A DNA stretch of 36,455 nucleotides, from positions 1 to 36,455 of the forward strand of contig CALMOP010000050.1 in NCBI GenBank assembly GCA_937871775.1, read 5' to 3'. Below the pieces are notes generated by a model. It made no database searches. It was not told the origin of the DNA and was given only the letters and a program-made list of their open reading frames with translations. Position numbers and translations under genes: made by a program. Origin of the DNA: an uncultured Gemmatimonadota bacterium. GTDB lineage: Bacteria > Gemmatimonadota > Gemmatimonadetes > Gemmatimonadales > GWC2-71-9. Shown one piece after another: positions 17,845 through 26,612 of this stretch. Numbering within the stretch: position 1 is the first letter of the stretch; every line of letters starts with the position of its first letter.

Positions 17845-19251
17845 TCAGGGGGTGCCAGGCTCGGGGTCACAGCCCAGCGCCGGCGTCGGGTTGCGCGCCA
17901 GGCAGTCGTTCCGCGGGAACGGGAACCGGCTGAACACTACGTGCGATGACAGATCCCTGGGCAGGGTACCCAACCGCCCATAGCGCCGCGCGTCGATCCA
18001 GCGGTGGCCGCCCTCGAACAGCAGTGAATAGCGCTTGTTGTACAGCAGCTCACCCAGCAGGGACGCCTGATCCACCGTGCCGGCGTAGGGCGCCAGGCCG
18101 CCAGCAGTCGCCCGAATGAAGTCGATGTCGGTGACCGCGGTGGCCAGGTTGTTGAGGCCGATATTGGCCTCGGCCCGGAGCAGGATCAATTCTTCGTTCC
18201 GGATGATCGGCACCGGGGAGAGGTTGCTGGTGTAGATCGTGAACTTGACCGAGTCGGTGATCCCCTGCACGGTCTTGGGCGGGCTGAAGACCTGAGTCTT
18301 GTCCAGGACCCGCTGATCCAGCGCACCGCCGGGCTGCTGCTGCGCGTCCGTCAGAATGGAGGGATGCGCCAGCAGCGCCCGCGGGGGGGTTGCATCGTGA
18401 GCGCTGGCATCGAACAGGTTATTCACCCGATCCCCGGCGATCGTCGAGAAGACGAAGTAGGTGCCCAGGTTCAGCGGCGCCGCGGGGTCGATGAAGGAGG
18501 CCTGCAAGGCGGTAAGGGCGCCAGCGAAATCGCCGGTGTAGACGGCCACTCTGGCCCGGAGGGCACGATTGAAAGTCAGGAACGTGGCCGGCTTATCGAA
18601 CCCGCTGAATCCGCTGGTGAGCGGGAAGGGGAAGGCCGAACCACCGGCCTGCAGGTGTGTCTGGGCGGAGTCCAGCAGATTCACGATGTGGGCGAACACC
18701 TCGGCCCGGGTCGCAATCGGCGCGGGGGCAGCGATGGGATCGATGTCCACGACGATCGGGGCGCCAAGATCATCCCGGGTATTGACCACCTGCAGGAAGT
18801 CCAGCGCCTGGATGGTTTGCACGTAGCCGGTGACCGCCTCGATTTCTGCCGGGGTCATCGCCGTGCTGGCCAGGTTGGGCAGGGCCCGGAGCAGGTTGTT
18901 GCCACTGCGGATGTCGGCATAGGGCGCGGCGAACAGATTGCCGCCGAAGGCGCCGCTGCCGCCGTCGAGCGGACCGGTCAGCAGCTCGGTGACGAAGCGC
19001 GGGTCGGCGGGGTCGAAGTTGTACGACTCCCGCCCCAGGATGCCCAGCTCCGACACGTAGCCGTTCTGGGTGGTGTAACCGACGCGGGAGCCGAACAGCA
19101 GGCCGGTCGCGGCCGCGCTGACCAGGGCCCGGGTCGGGTGGGTGGCCAGTTCGTCCTGGCCGGGATAATTGAGATCCGGCACATCGAGCGTGTTGCACGC
19201 GCTGGCGAGCAGCAGCCCCGTGAGTGCCGTGATGCGAGTCAGCGTTCTCAT
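17845..19251 (-). CDS. SusD/RagB family nutrient-binding outer-membrane lipoprotein
   Basis: 468 aa. Lipoprotein signal MRTLTRITALTGLLLASAC. It sits 24 nt downstream of a SusC-type TonB-dependent receptor. Helical TPR-like composition and C-terminal RagB/SusD-like motifs (LLYNKRYSLLFEGGHRWIDARRY). Confidence 0.88.
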   Translation of the reverse strand: MRTLTRITALTGLLLASACNTLDVPDLNYPGQDELATHPTRALVSAAATGLLFGSRVGYTTQNGYVSELGILGRESYNFDPADPRFVTELLTGPLDGGSGAFGGNLFAAPYADIRSGNNLLRALPNLASTAMTPAEIEAVTGYVQTIQALDFLQVVNTRDDLGAPIVVDIDPIAAPAPIATRAEVFAHIVNLLDSAQTHLQAGGSAFPFPLTSGFSGFDKPATFLTFNRALRARVAVYTGDFAGALTALQASFIDPAAPLNLGTYFVFSTIAGDRVNNLFDASAHDATPPRALLAHPSILTDAQQQPGGALDQRVLDKTQVFSPPKTVQGITDSVKFTIYTSNLSPVPIIRNEELILLRAEANIGLNNLATAVTDIDFIRATAGGLAPYAGTVDQASLLGELLYNKRYSLLFEGGHRWIDARRYGRLGTLPRDLSSHVVFSRFPFPRNDCLARNPTPALGCDPEPGTP

Positions 19252-19275
19252 GGCAGGAATCCTCAGGGTGCCGGG

Positions 19276-22239
19276 TTAGAAACCGAGGTCTATGGTGAAC
19301 CAGAAGCTTCGACTGGGCGGGAAGGGCGCCACGTCGATGTTCCGCGCGATCGGCTGGTTGCCGAAGTTGCTGACTTCCGGGTCGAGCCCGTCGTAGGGCG
19401 CGGAGAGGAACAGGTTGCGGGCGCTCACCGAGACCTTGGCGTAGCGCGCCCCGCGCCAGAGGGCGCCCGTCACCCCGACGGGCAGATTGTACGACAGGGT
19501 GATCTCCCGCAGCTTCAGGAAGGTGGCGCTTTCGATCCAGTTCCTGGTCACCTGGCCGAACGCCGACAGCCGCCGCTCACCCACGGTCTCGGTGCTGCCC
19601 GAAATCGGATGGTCATAGTCGACCGTCACACCCCCGAAGTCGTACAGCAGCTTGGTCAGGTTCAGGATGCTGCCGCCGTTCTGCCAGTCGAGGACCGTGT
19701 GCAGCGTGAAGCTCTTCACCGTGAAGTCATTGACGAAGCCCATGCGGAAGTTCGGATTGGCATCGCCGACCTTGCGGACCACCACCGAGCCATCGGACAG
19801 GGTATCGTTGCCGACGATCTGGGTCGCGCTGGCGCCGTTCTCGATCTTGAAGGCTCCGATGGAGGTGCCGAAGCCCCCGGTTTCAAAGGCCGGAACGTCG
19901 AGGCCGGTGATGGTGCTCTTGGTCGTCGAGAAGGTGACCCGGCTCAGCCAGTTGAAGTCCCGGCGCTGAATCGGCTGCACCGCCGCCGCGATCTCCAGCC
20001 CCTTGGTCTCCATCTTGCCGCCGTTCAGGAACTCCGTGATGTAGCCTGACGATTCGTGCAACTGACGGGGAACCAGCAGGTCGCTCATGTTCTTCTGATA
20101 CACGCTGAATTCCAGGGTCGCGGTATGATTCCAGAGATAGGCGTCGAAGCCCGCTTCGATCTCCTTCTCATGCTCGGGATGCAGATCCGGTGCGCCAATC
20201 GTGCCCAGTGGCACGAGCGTTGGCAGCCCGCCAATGTTCTGGGACGCATCGTATGGGGTGAACTTCTGGCCGTAGCCCGGCTCCTGACCCGACTCCCCGT
20301 AGGCCGCCCGGACCTTCAACTCATCCAGAAAGCCGGTCGGCGCGAGCACGCGATAGGACCCGGCCACCTTGGGATACCAGAACAGTTCACTGGCGTCTGC
20401 GTTGAGGCTGCTCTGGTCGCCCCGGATCCCCGCGCTCAGCAGCAGGCGGTCCTGATCGGCCAGGAATTCTTCCTGCAGGAAGTAGCCGACGTTCTTGATC
20501 GACTCGCGCCGGCGCAGCACCACCTTGCGGGTCGCGGCATCGATGTTTTCCTGCCCGCCAACCAGGTTGTACCCCTCGTTCTGCAGCACGTTGAGATCGC
20601 GGCGGGTATACTGAATCCCCGCCGAGGTGGTCGCGCTCCAGCGTCCGCCGGACGGCGTGTAGCGGTGGACCGAGGCCACGTCCAGGTTCAGGTTGGTGTT
20701 GTCGCTCGCCTTGAGGAGCGACGTCCCCAACTCACCGTCGTTCGGCTCGAACTGCAGCGTGGGCGGGAAGAACAGCGAGTTGGTCTGGTTGAATACGTCC
20801 AGGCCCCCGTTCCCGATCAGCTTGAGCGAATGCCGACTGTTGGTCACGAGGTCGATATCCAGCAATCCCGATGACAGGAAGCGCCAGACATCCTCGTCAT
20901 TCTTCATGAGCGCGGCGGTCTGCAGCGGATTGCTCGGGACGAACGGGTTGTCGCGGAATGAGCCGTCAGACCGCCGCTGGAGGTTGGCAAAGCTCGGCGT
21001 GAACGCCATCACGACGTAGAAGCTGGTGCCGGAATTGTCGTTGTTGGTCAGGCCACGCTGCGCCTCGGTATGCAGCACGTTGGTGCTGAGCCCGGCGCGA
21101 ACCCGCGGACTGATCCGCTGATCCAGGTTCAGCCGTATCGACTCCCGCTTGAAACCGGTGTTATCGATGATCCCCGGGGTATTCTGGACCTGCCCGGAGA
21201 AGTAATACTGGGTCCCTTCCCCGCCCCCGCTGAAGTTGATGCTGGTCTCGCTCGCCAGGTCCTTCCGGTGCGAGAGCTGGCTCTCGAGATCATACGAGAG
21301 GCCCGTGGTGTAGCCGGTGGCCGCGGCGGTGCCCGCGCCATAGACGGCGTCGACCTCGGCCGCCGTTTCGAACTTGCGCGAGCCAATGGTCCGGGCCAGC
21401 TCCGAGAAGCCGAGCCTCTGGGAGACATTGACCTGGGTCTTGCCGACCTGACCCCGCTTGGTGGTGATGATCACCACACCGTTCGAGGCCCGCCCGCCGT
21501 AGATGGCCGCCGCGGAAGCGCCTTTCAGGATCTCGATGGACTCGATGTCGTTGGGATTGAGGTCGGCGATGCGGTTCACCTGGGCATCCTGCTCGGGGGA
21601 GGTGTTCCCGCCCGCCGCTGCCGCGGTCACCGCGTTCTGGTTTGACGGAATCGCGACGTCGGCGACCACGATGCCGTCCACCACGTAGAGCGGCTCCGCG
21701 GTCGCGTTGATCGAGGTGGTGCCGCGAAGTCGCATCTGCAGCCCACCACCCGGTGCGCCGGAGTTGCTCTGGATGTCCGCCCCGGCCACCTTGCCCATCA
21801 GCTGCTGCTCCACGCTCGCCGATGGCGTGGAGTTGATGTCTTCACTGCTCACACTGGCCACCGAATTGGCCAGATTCTTCCGCTCGACGCCGGTGACCTG
21901 GCCGGTCACGACGATCTCCTCGAGCTTGAGGACGTCCCGGGCCAGGGCCACATCCACCACCGCCTCTTCCGCCCCCACTCGGACCTCCCGTTTCCGGAAC
22001 CCGGGGAACCGGATCAGCAGGGTCACGTCCCCATCCGGAGCATCCGTAATGACGAACGCTCCATTGCTTCGGGAATAGGTCGAAATGCGGGTACCGGGAA
22101 TAGTCACCGTGGCGCCGCCCACCGCATCACCGTTGGCGGAATCGGTAATCGTCCCGCTGATGGCATGGGTCTGGGCCGCGAGCGCACCGGCACTCGACAG
22201 CAGACCCACCAACGCTAACCAAACCAGCCGAGGCTTCAT
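19276..22239 (-). CDS. SusC/RagA family TonB-dependent outer-membrane receptor with N-terminal carboxypeptidase-regulatory-like domain
   Basis: I use the internal ATG at 22239 (GGAGAG SD upstream): MKPRLVWLALVGLLSSAGALAAQ signal. Next come ISGTITDSANGDAVGGATVTIPG...GFRK (CarbopepD_reg), plug motifs (LEEIVVTG, IEILKGASAAAIYGGRASNGVVIITTKRG) and a C-terminal beta-barrel ending ...FWFTIDLGF. Confidence 0.92.
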   Translation of the reverse strand: MKPRLVWLALVGLLSSAGALAAQTHAISGTITDSANGDAVGGATVTIPGTRISTYSRSNGAFVITDAPDGDVTLLIRFPGFRKREVRVGAEEAVVDVALARDVLKLEEIVVTGQVTGVERKNLANSVASVSSEDINSTPSASVEQQLMGKVAGADIQSNSGAPGGGLQMRLRGTTSINATAEPLYVVDGIVVADVAIPSNQNAVTAAAAGGNTSPEQDAQVNRIADLNPNDIESIEILKGASAAAIYGGRASNGVVIITTKRGQVGKTQVNVSQRLGFSELARTIGSRKFETAAEVDAVYGAGTAAATGYTTGLSYDLESQLSHRKDLASETSINFSGGGEGTQYYFSGQVQNTPGIIDNTGFKRESIRLNLDQRISPRVRAGLSTNVLHTEAQRGLTNNDNSGTSFYVVMAFTPSFANLQRRSDGSFRDNPFVPSNPLQTAALMKNDEDVWRFLSSGLLDIDLVTNSRHSLKLIGNGGLDVFNQTNSLFFPPTLQFEPNDGELGTSLLKASDNTNLNLDVASVHRYTPSGGRWSATTSAGIQYTRRDLNVLQNEGYNLVGGQENIDAATRKVVLRRRESIKNVGYFLQEEFLADQDRLLLSAGIRGDQSSLNADASELFWYPKVAGSYRVLAPTGFLDELKVRAAYGESGQEPGYGQKFTPYDASQNIGGLPTLVPLGTIGAPDLHPEHEKEIEAGFDAYLWNHTATLEFSVYQKNMSDLLVPRQLHESSGYITEFLNGGKMETKGLEIAAAVQPIQRRDFNWLSRVTFSTTKSTITGLDVPAFETGGFGTSIGAFKIENGASATQIVGNDTLSDGSVVVRKVGDANPNFRMGFVNDFTVKSFTLHTVLDWQNGGSILNLTKLLYDFGGVTVDYDHPISGSTETVGERRLSAFGQVTRNWIESATFLKLREITLSYNLPVGVTGALWRGARYAKVSVSARNLFLSAPYDGLDPEVSNFGNQPIARNIDVAPFPPSRSFWFTIDLGF

Positions 22240-22312
22240 AAGCTCTCCGCGGTGCGTACTGCTGGGATTGTTTAACAGACGGTCGGAGGGGAAGCGTGCT
22301 GCGAGGCTGGAC

Positions 22313-23239
22313 TTACGGCCCAAAGCGGGACTTGTCAAGATTCCGCAGCACCAGGTCGAGCGAGGACTCCAGATCCAGGGGGGTCGGGGCCCCCAACCAC
22401 CCCAGGCGGTGCAGGGCTCGGCCGAGGACCTCGGCCGGGGGTATTCCGGCCTTCCGGAGCGCTCCGACACTGGCGTCCCCGCTGGCTTTGCTCAGTTTGG
22501 CGCCATCCGGTTTCCGGATCAGCGGATGGTGGCAGAACGTCGGGGGGGTGGGGCAGCCCAGCAGCCGCGCCAGCCGCAATTGCCGCCCGGTGGACTCCAG
22601 CAGATCCTCGCCCCGCACCACCAGATCCACCTGGTGCTCCAGATCGTCAACCACCACCGCGAACTGGTAGGTCCAGTTGCCCAGCCGGTCGCGGAGCAGC
22701 AGATCGCCACACTGCGCCGCCGGTTGCTGCGTCCGGGCGCCCCGCCACAGGTCGGTGAACGTCTCGCACCCGGGGCCCAGCAGCAGTCGGAGTCCCCGAC
22801 CCGGGCCCGGTTCCAGGCCGCGATCGCGGCAGCGACCCGGGTAGGGGGTCTCCCGGTCGGGAACCTCCCCGCCATCGGCAGCCAGGTCCCGACGGGAGCA
22901 GTCACAGCTGTAGACCCGGCACCCGGCGGCCAGCAACCGGGCGACGGCCCCGGCATAGCGCTGGTCGTTGTCGCTCTGGCGATAGGGGGAGGGACCGCGG
23001 CGGAACTGGTCTGCAGTACCGAGATCGGGATCCAGGCCCAGCCACTCCAAATCCTCCAGCAGCGCCGCCTCGTATCCGGGCCGACACCGCTGTCGATCAT
23101 GATCCTCGATGCGGAGCAGCACCTCGGCGCCGACGGCTCGGGCTACCCCCCAGACCGTCAGGGCGCTCGCCACGTGGCCGAGATGCAGCAGGCCCGTCGG
23201 CGCCGGGGCAAAGCGGGTCCGCCGCCAGTGACCGTCCAT
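22313..23239 (-). CDS. gluQ: Glutamyl-Q tRNA(Asp) synthetase
   Basis: 308 aa, a truncated GluRS catalytic domain with no anticodon-binding domain. RFAPAPTGLLHLGHV (HIGH-like), RIEDHD, zinc cluster CDCSR...YPGRC, FAVVVDD, and KLSKASG (KMSKS-like). SD GGAGG upstream. Confidence 0.88.
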   Translation of the reverse strand: MDGHWRRTRFAPAPTGLLHLGHVASALTVWGVARAVGAEVLLRIEDHDRQRCRPGYEAALLEDLEWLGLDPDLGTADQFRRGPSPYRQSDNDQRYAGAVARLLAAGCRVYSCDCSRRDLAADGGEVPDRETPYPGRCRDRGLEPGPGRGLRLLLGPGCETFTDLWRGARTQQPAAQCGDLLLRDRLGNWTYQFAVVVDDLEHQVDLVVRGEDLLESTGRQLRLARLLGCPTPPTFCHHPLIRKPDGAKLSKASGDASVGALRKAGIPPAEVLGRALHRLGWLGAPTPLDLESSLDLVLRNLDKSRFGP

Positions 23240-23307
23240 CCGGCCTCCACTCGGGGTCGGCCGGAAACGTGATCATACCGACGCGGGAGCGGAACCCCAA
23301 CAGCGAC

Positions 23308-23331
23308 GCGGGCCCCCCGGAGGGGGCCCGC
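23308..23331 (-). terminator. Hairpin terminator downstream of the coiled-coil gene
   Basis: GCGGGCCCCC-(4 nt)-GGGGGCCCGC: a 10-bp GC stem 22 nt after the stop at 23354. On the minus strand it is followed by GTCGCTGTTGGGGTT. Confidence 0.65.
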
Positions 23332-23353
23332 GCGGTCCATTCGTGCCGGCGTC

Positions 23354-25966
23354 TCAGGCGTCGGCCGAGGTGCCGTTCTGAGCATGGTCCCGGCGCCGGA
23401 GATCGGTCAGAGAGGTGCGGATCCGGTCAGACACCCGGCGCTCCTCACGCAGGGTTTCGATCAGACCCTCGGCGTTGCGGGCCTCGACCGACAGCACCGC
23501 CGCCCGTTCCATCAGGTTGTCGACCTGAGCCTTCTGAGACAACAGCGACTCCAGGGCCGCCCGCACCTCGTGCACCAGCGAGTCGACGTACTCCAGCCGG
23601 TGCTCCGCCTGCTCCAGCTGGCGGCGCCGGGCATCCAGGGTGGCCACACTGCGGTCGCTGTCGCGCAGCGCGTTCTGGATTGCCTCCAGCTCCACCCGCG
23701 CCTGGGCCACTTGTGGCTGAGCCTCGACGATCGCCCGCACATCCGCGGTGGTGCGCTCCGCCAGCTCATACACCCGCCGAATCTCGGCCTGGAGGCCGCT
23801 GAGGGAGGCCTGCCGCGAGGCGGCCTGTTCCATGGCCTGCGCCAGCTGATGTTCGACCCCGCGCCACTCCGCCAGCCGAGCCTCGAAGCCGACGATGCGG
23901 TCCCGGGCGCTGTGCAGCCCCGCGACCCGGGTCTCCAGCTCCGAGGAGAGGGCTTCCAGGCTCGCCAGCCGCTCGTTGGCCCGCTCCAGCGATGCGTCCA
24001 CCTCGCGGGCCCGCTCACCCAGCAGCTGGGCCGCTTCGGCCGATTCCTGTCGCAGGGTGGTGGCGCGCTCCAGGTGTTCGGAGGCCCGCTCCAGGGAGTT
24101 CTGCCGGCGATCGATCTCGCTGCTCAGCTCCCGCATCCGGTCGTCGAGATGCTGGAACGCCTCGGCCCGCTCCTCCAGACCGGTGAGGGCACCGCGGACT
24201 CCGCTGACCTGGCCTTCCATGCCCCGGAGGTCGGCGGCCAGCGCCAGCAGTTGACTGCTGGCCCGTCCGACCTCGTCCAGCCGCGGCGTGAGGGTACCGA
24301 GGTGGGACTCGGCGGCCTGGAGCCGCTCCTGCAGCACCCGGGCCCGTTCCTCGATGGTGCTGCTCTGCGCTGCGGCTTCCGCCAACCGCTGCTGCACCTC
24401 ATCGACCAGCTCCCGGCGCGACTCCACCGCGCTCAGGCCGGAGGTGAGCTGATCCACTTCCTGGCGAACGGAATCCACGGTGGCCCGCAGGCGGTCCAGA
24501 CCTTCCACGTCGGCCCGGAGCGCCGCCAGGTTCCGCTTGGTGTCGGCCAGCCAGCTCTCGGTCAGATCCATCTCGCTCCGGGTCTCGCCCACCTCCTGGT
24601 GCACCCGGCGCATCTCTTCCAGGCCAGTCCGCACCGCTTCCTGGGTCGCATCCAGCGAGCCGAGGTCGCGCACCGCCTGGTCCAGCACGGGCTTGGCCTC
24701 CTCCAGCCGGCTGGTGCGCTGGGTCAGGCCCTCGATGGCATCCTCCAGCTGGTCGAGGTCCGACCAGCCGGACCGGACCCGCTGGGCCAGTTCGGTGGCC
24801 GCGGCGATTTCGGCGCTGAGGGTCTCCACCTGCTGGCCCAGCGTGTCAGCCCGGGCCGCGGAAGCGGCCAGGCTCTGGGTCTGAGTGGCGAGCCCGGTCA
24901 GCCGGCTCTCGGCATCCCCAAGCAGTCGCAGCAGGTCGGCGATCCGCTGGGCCAGTCCCTCGGCGGTCCGCTCTTCCAGGGTGGCTCGCTCGGTGCCGCG
25001 GTCCAGCGCTTCCTTCATGGCGTTGAGGCTGCGCTCGGCTCCGGTCTGCCCCGAGGCCAGCTGCTCCAGGCGCTGGGCCAGGCTCCGGGTCTGGTCCAGC
25101 AGGGTATGCTGGGTGTCCCCCGCCCGATCCACCTCGCTCTGCAGCTCGGTCAGCCGCCGAATGTAGTCCTCCTGCCGCTCCAGCCCGCTATCCGCCTGCC
25201 GCATGACGTTGTTGAGGTGTTCCAGTTTGCTGGTCGCCCGGTCGATGGTATCCCGCTGCTGATCCAGCAGGGCCACCTTGTGGCTGAGCTGGTCGGCCAG
25301 GGCCTTGGTGGCGGCCAGCTGCCGTTTGGTGTGGGCCACGCCTTCGCCGACCGGGGTCAGGTCGGCCACCAGCTGCTCCACGCCGGAGATCCGGGTCTCG
25401 GTCTCCGAGACCGAGGTGTTGATCCGGGCCCACTCGGCCCCGATCGCCTCGAGCCGCGCCATGACCGACTGACTGTGGGCCATGGCGCTGTCGTGGTACT
25501 CGCGCAGCCGGGTCAGCTGGCTCCGGTGGGTGTCGGTGTCCTCCTGCAGGGCGGCCATCTGGGCCTTGATCTCATGCATCGGGCTCTCCAGGGCCAGCAC
25601 CTCGCTGAACCCGGCCTTGACCCGATCCACGGCAGCTACCGCCTCCGTCAGGGCGCCGACCTCGGCACGGATGGCATCCAGCCGGGCGGCCGAATCGCCG
25701 ATATGGGCCTCCAGCCGCTGATGGCCCCCAAGCAGAGCCGCCAGCTGGCCGGCCAGGGGCTCCACCCCCTCGAGTTGCCGTTCGATGGAGCTCACCCGCT
25801 CGCCAATCGAACCCAGGCGCTGCAAATGGCCAACCGCACGGTCGGCGTTCTGTACCAGCTCTTCGAGACTCGAGCGCTGGGCTTCCAGCCGCTCCACCAG
25901 GCGCTGCAGTTCGGCGAGGTCCTCCGCGGACCCGTTCCGGCGAAAGTTCTGGAGAAAAGTGCCCAT
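23354..25966 (-). CDS. Large (~870 aa) coiled-coil protein with no recognisable enzymatic, membrane or nucleotide-binding domain
   Basis: E/L/R/A/Q-rich heptad-like sequence throughout. I saw no Walker A motif, TM helix or signal peptide. I prefer the ATG at 25966 (MGTFLQNFRRNGSAEDLAELQRL; GAGGG 8 nt upstream) because the 46-codon extension to 26104 has much lower third-position GC and non-protein-like sequence. The mirror plus-strand ORF 23384..26557 is a shadow. Confidence 0.8.
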   Translation of the reverse strand: MGTFLQNFRRNGSAEDLAELQRLVERLEAQRSSLEELVQNADRAVGHLQRLGSIGERVSSIERQLEGVEPLAGQLAALLGGHQRLEAHIGDSAARLDAIRAEVGALTEAVAAVDRVKAGFSEVLALESPMHEIKAQMAALQEDTDTHRSQLTRLREYHDSAMAHSQSVMARLEAIGAEWARINTSVSETETRISGVEQLVADLTPVGEGVAHTKRQLAATKALADQLSHKVALLDQQRDTIDRATSKLEHLNNVMRQADSGLERQEDYIRRLTELQSEVDRAGDTQHTLLDQTRSLAQRLEQLASGQTGAERSLNAMKEALDRGTERATLEERTAEGLAQRIADLLRLLGDAESRLTGLATQTQSLAASAARADTLGQQVETLSAEIAAATELAQRVRSGWSDLDQLEDAIEGLTQRTSRLEEAKPVLDQAVRDLGSLDATQEAVRTGLEEMRRVHQEVGETRSEMDLTESWLADTKRNLAALRADVEGLDRLRATVDSVRQEVDQLTSGLSAVESRRELVDEVQQRLAEAAAQSSTIEERARVLQERLQAAESHLGTLTPRLDEVGRASSQLLALAADLRGMEGQVSGVRGALTGLEERAEAFQHLDDRMRELSSEIDRRQNSLERASEHLERATTLRQESAEAAQLLGERAREVDASLERANERLASLEALSSELETRVAGLHSARDRIVGFEARLAEWRGVEHQLAQAMEQAASRQASLSGLQAEIRRVYELAERTTADVRAIVEAQPQVAQARVELEAIQNALRDSDRSVATLDARRRQLEQAEHRLEYVDSLVHEVRAALESLLSQKAQVDNLMERAAVLSVEARNAEGLIETLREERRVSDRIRTSLTDLRRRDHAQNGTSADA

Positions 25967-26367
25967 CTGGAGCGCCCTCGAAGGCGGTGGGGATCGATAA
26001 CCTTGACGGCCGTCCGTCTCGACGTCGACGGTCCATGGCAGCGCATCAATCTGTGGACTATTCCTAGAGGTGCAAGGATGAGGCCGCTCACAATGCGGTG
26101 TCATTCGTGTTTGGTAAACTATTATTATTCAATGACTTACATGTATGCCACTGGGCACATTCACAATGCAGATGCAAGGCCTTCGACTGCAAAGAAGCTG
26201 ATTGTACCCAGTGACGCGGGAGTATGCTGGAAGGTCAAACTGGGATGTAACTGGAAAGAAATCAGTCGATTGGAACGGCCTGATGCGGAAGGCTGCTCAG
26301 GACCACCGGCCAGCACGAACCCCAGCTGGTCACTGGGGCGATGTCGGGAGTGGCTGATGGGCTGGAG

Positions 26368-26438
<71 letters not shown>

Positions 26439-26612
26439 CTGGGGAGCGGGGAACTTACGAGGCGGATCCCCGGACCGGAACCCCGAGGACCGAGGAGCGC
26501 GGGGCACCGGTCCAGGGCGAGGGGGGGGCAGAGGCGGGGAGTCGGCTAGATCCATGACCGCCTACGTTAGCCGACGTTCGGGTGCGCCCGCACCCCTGAG
26601 GGCCCGAGCCGG

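Noticed and set aside
22240-22470. A 77-codon N-terminal extension of the SusC ORF.
   Set aside because: It overlaps the 3' end of gluQ. The internal ATG at 22239 is preceded by GGAGAG and is followed immediately by a classical signal peptide.
26084-26094. An 11-nt match (ATTGTGAGCGG on the minus strand) to the E. coli lac operator core, upstream of the coiled-coil gene.
   Set aside because: The match is short, there is no palindromic partner half-site, and there is no LacI-family gene nearby. It is most likely coincidence.
25967-26104. A 46-codon N-terminal extension of the coiled-coil ORF (MTPHCERPHPCTS...).
   Set aside because: Third-position GC drops to roughly 60%, against about 90% in the body of the gene. 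There is no SD before ATG 26104, and GAGGG precedes ATG 25966. The alternative start cannot be fully excluded.
26205-26305. Possible SRP (4.5S) RNA. GGGAUGUAACUGG resembles E. coli GGGAUGUAGCUGG, and there is a GGAA-containing hairpin CCUGAUGCGGAAGGCUGCUCAGG.
   Set aside because: The conserved domain IV pattern (5' ...CAGG..CC-GGAA-GG.AGCAGC... 3') is not reproduced in either orientation. After GGAAGG the sequence is CUGCUCA. The resemblance is too short to support a call; an Infernal scan would settle it.
26161-26316. A 51-codon GTG-initiated minus-strand ORF inside the low-GC island (MLAGGPEQPSASGRSNRLISFQLHPSLTFQ...).
   Set aside because: It has no convincing SD, no recognisable motif and codon usage unlike the rest of the window. 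The longer track version (26161..26424) starts inside the tRNA gene. It is kept only as a note within the island finding.
26580-26595. GGGTGCG-CC-CGCACCC hairpin downstream of the leuS stop, as a possible terminator.
   Set aside because: The loop is too tight for the full stem and no U-tract follows. It may still act, since the tRNA-Cys promoter must lie nearby, but the evidence is weak.
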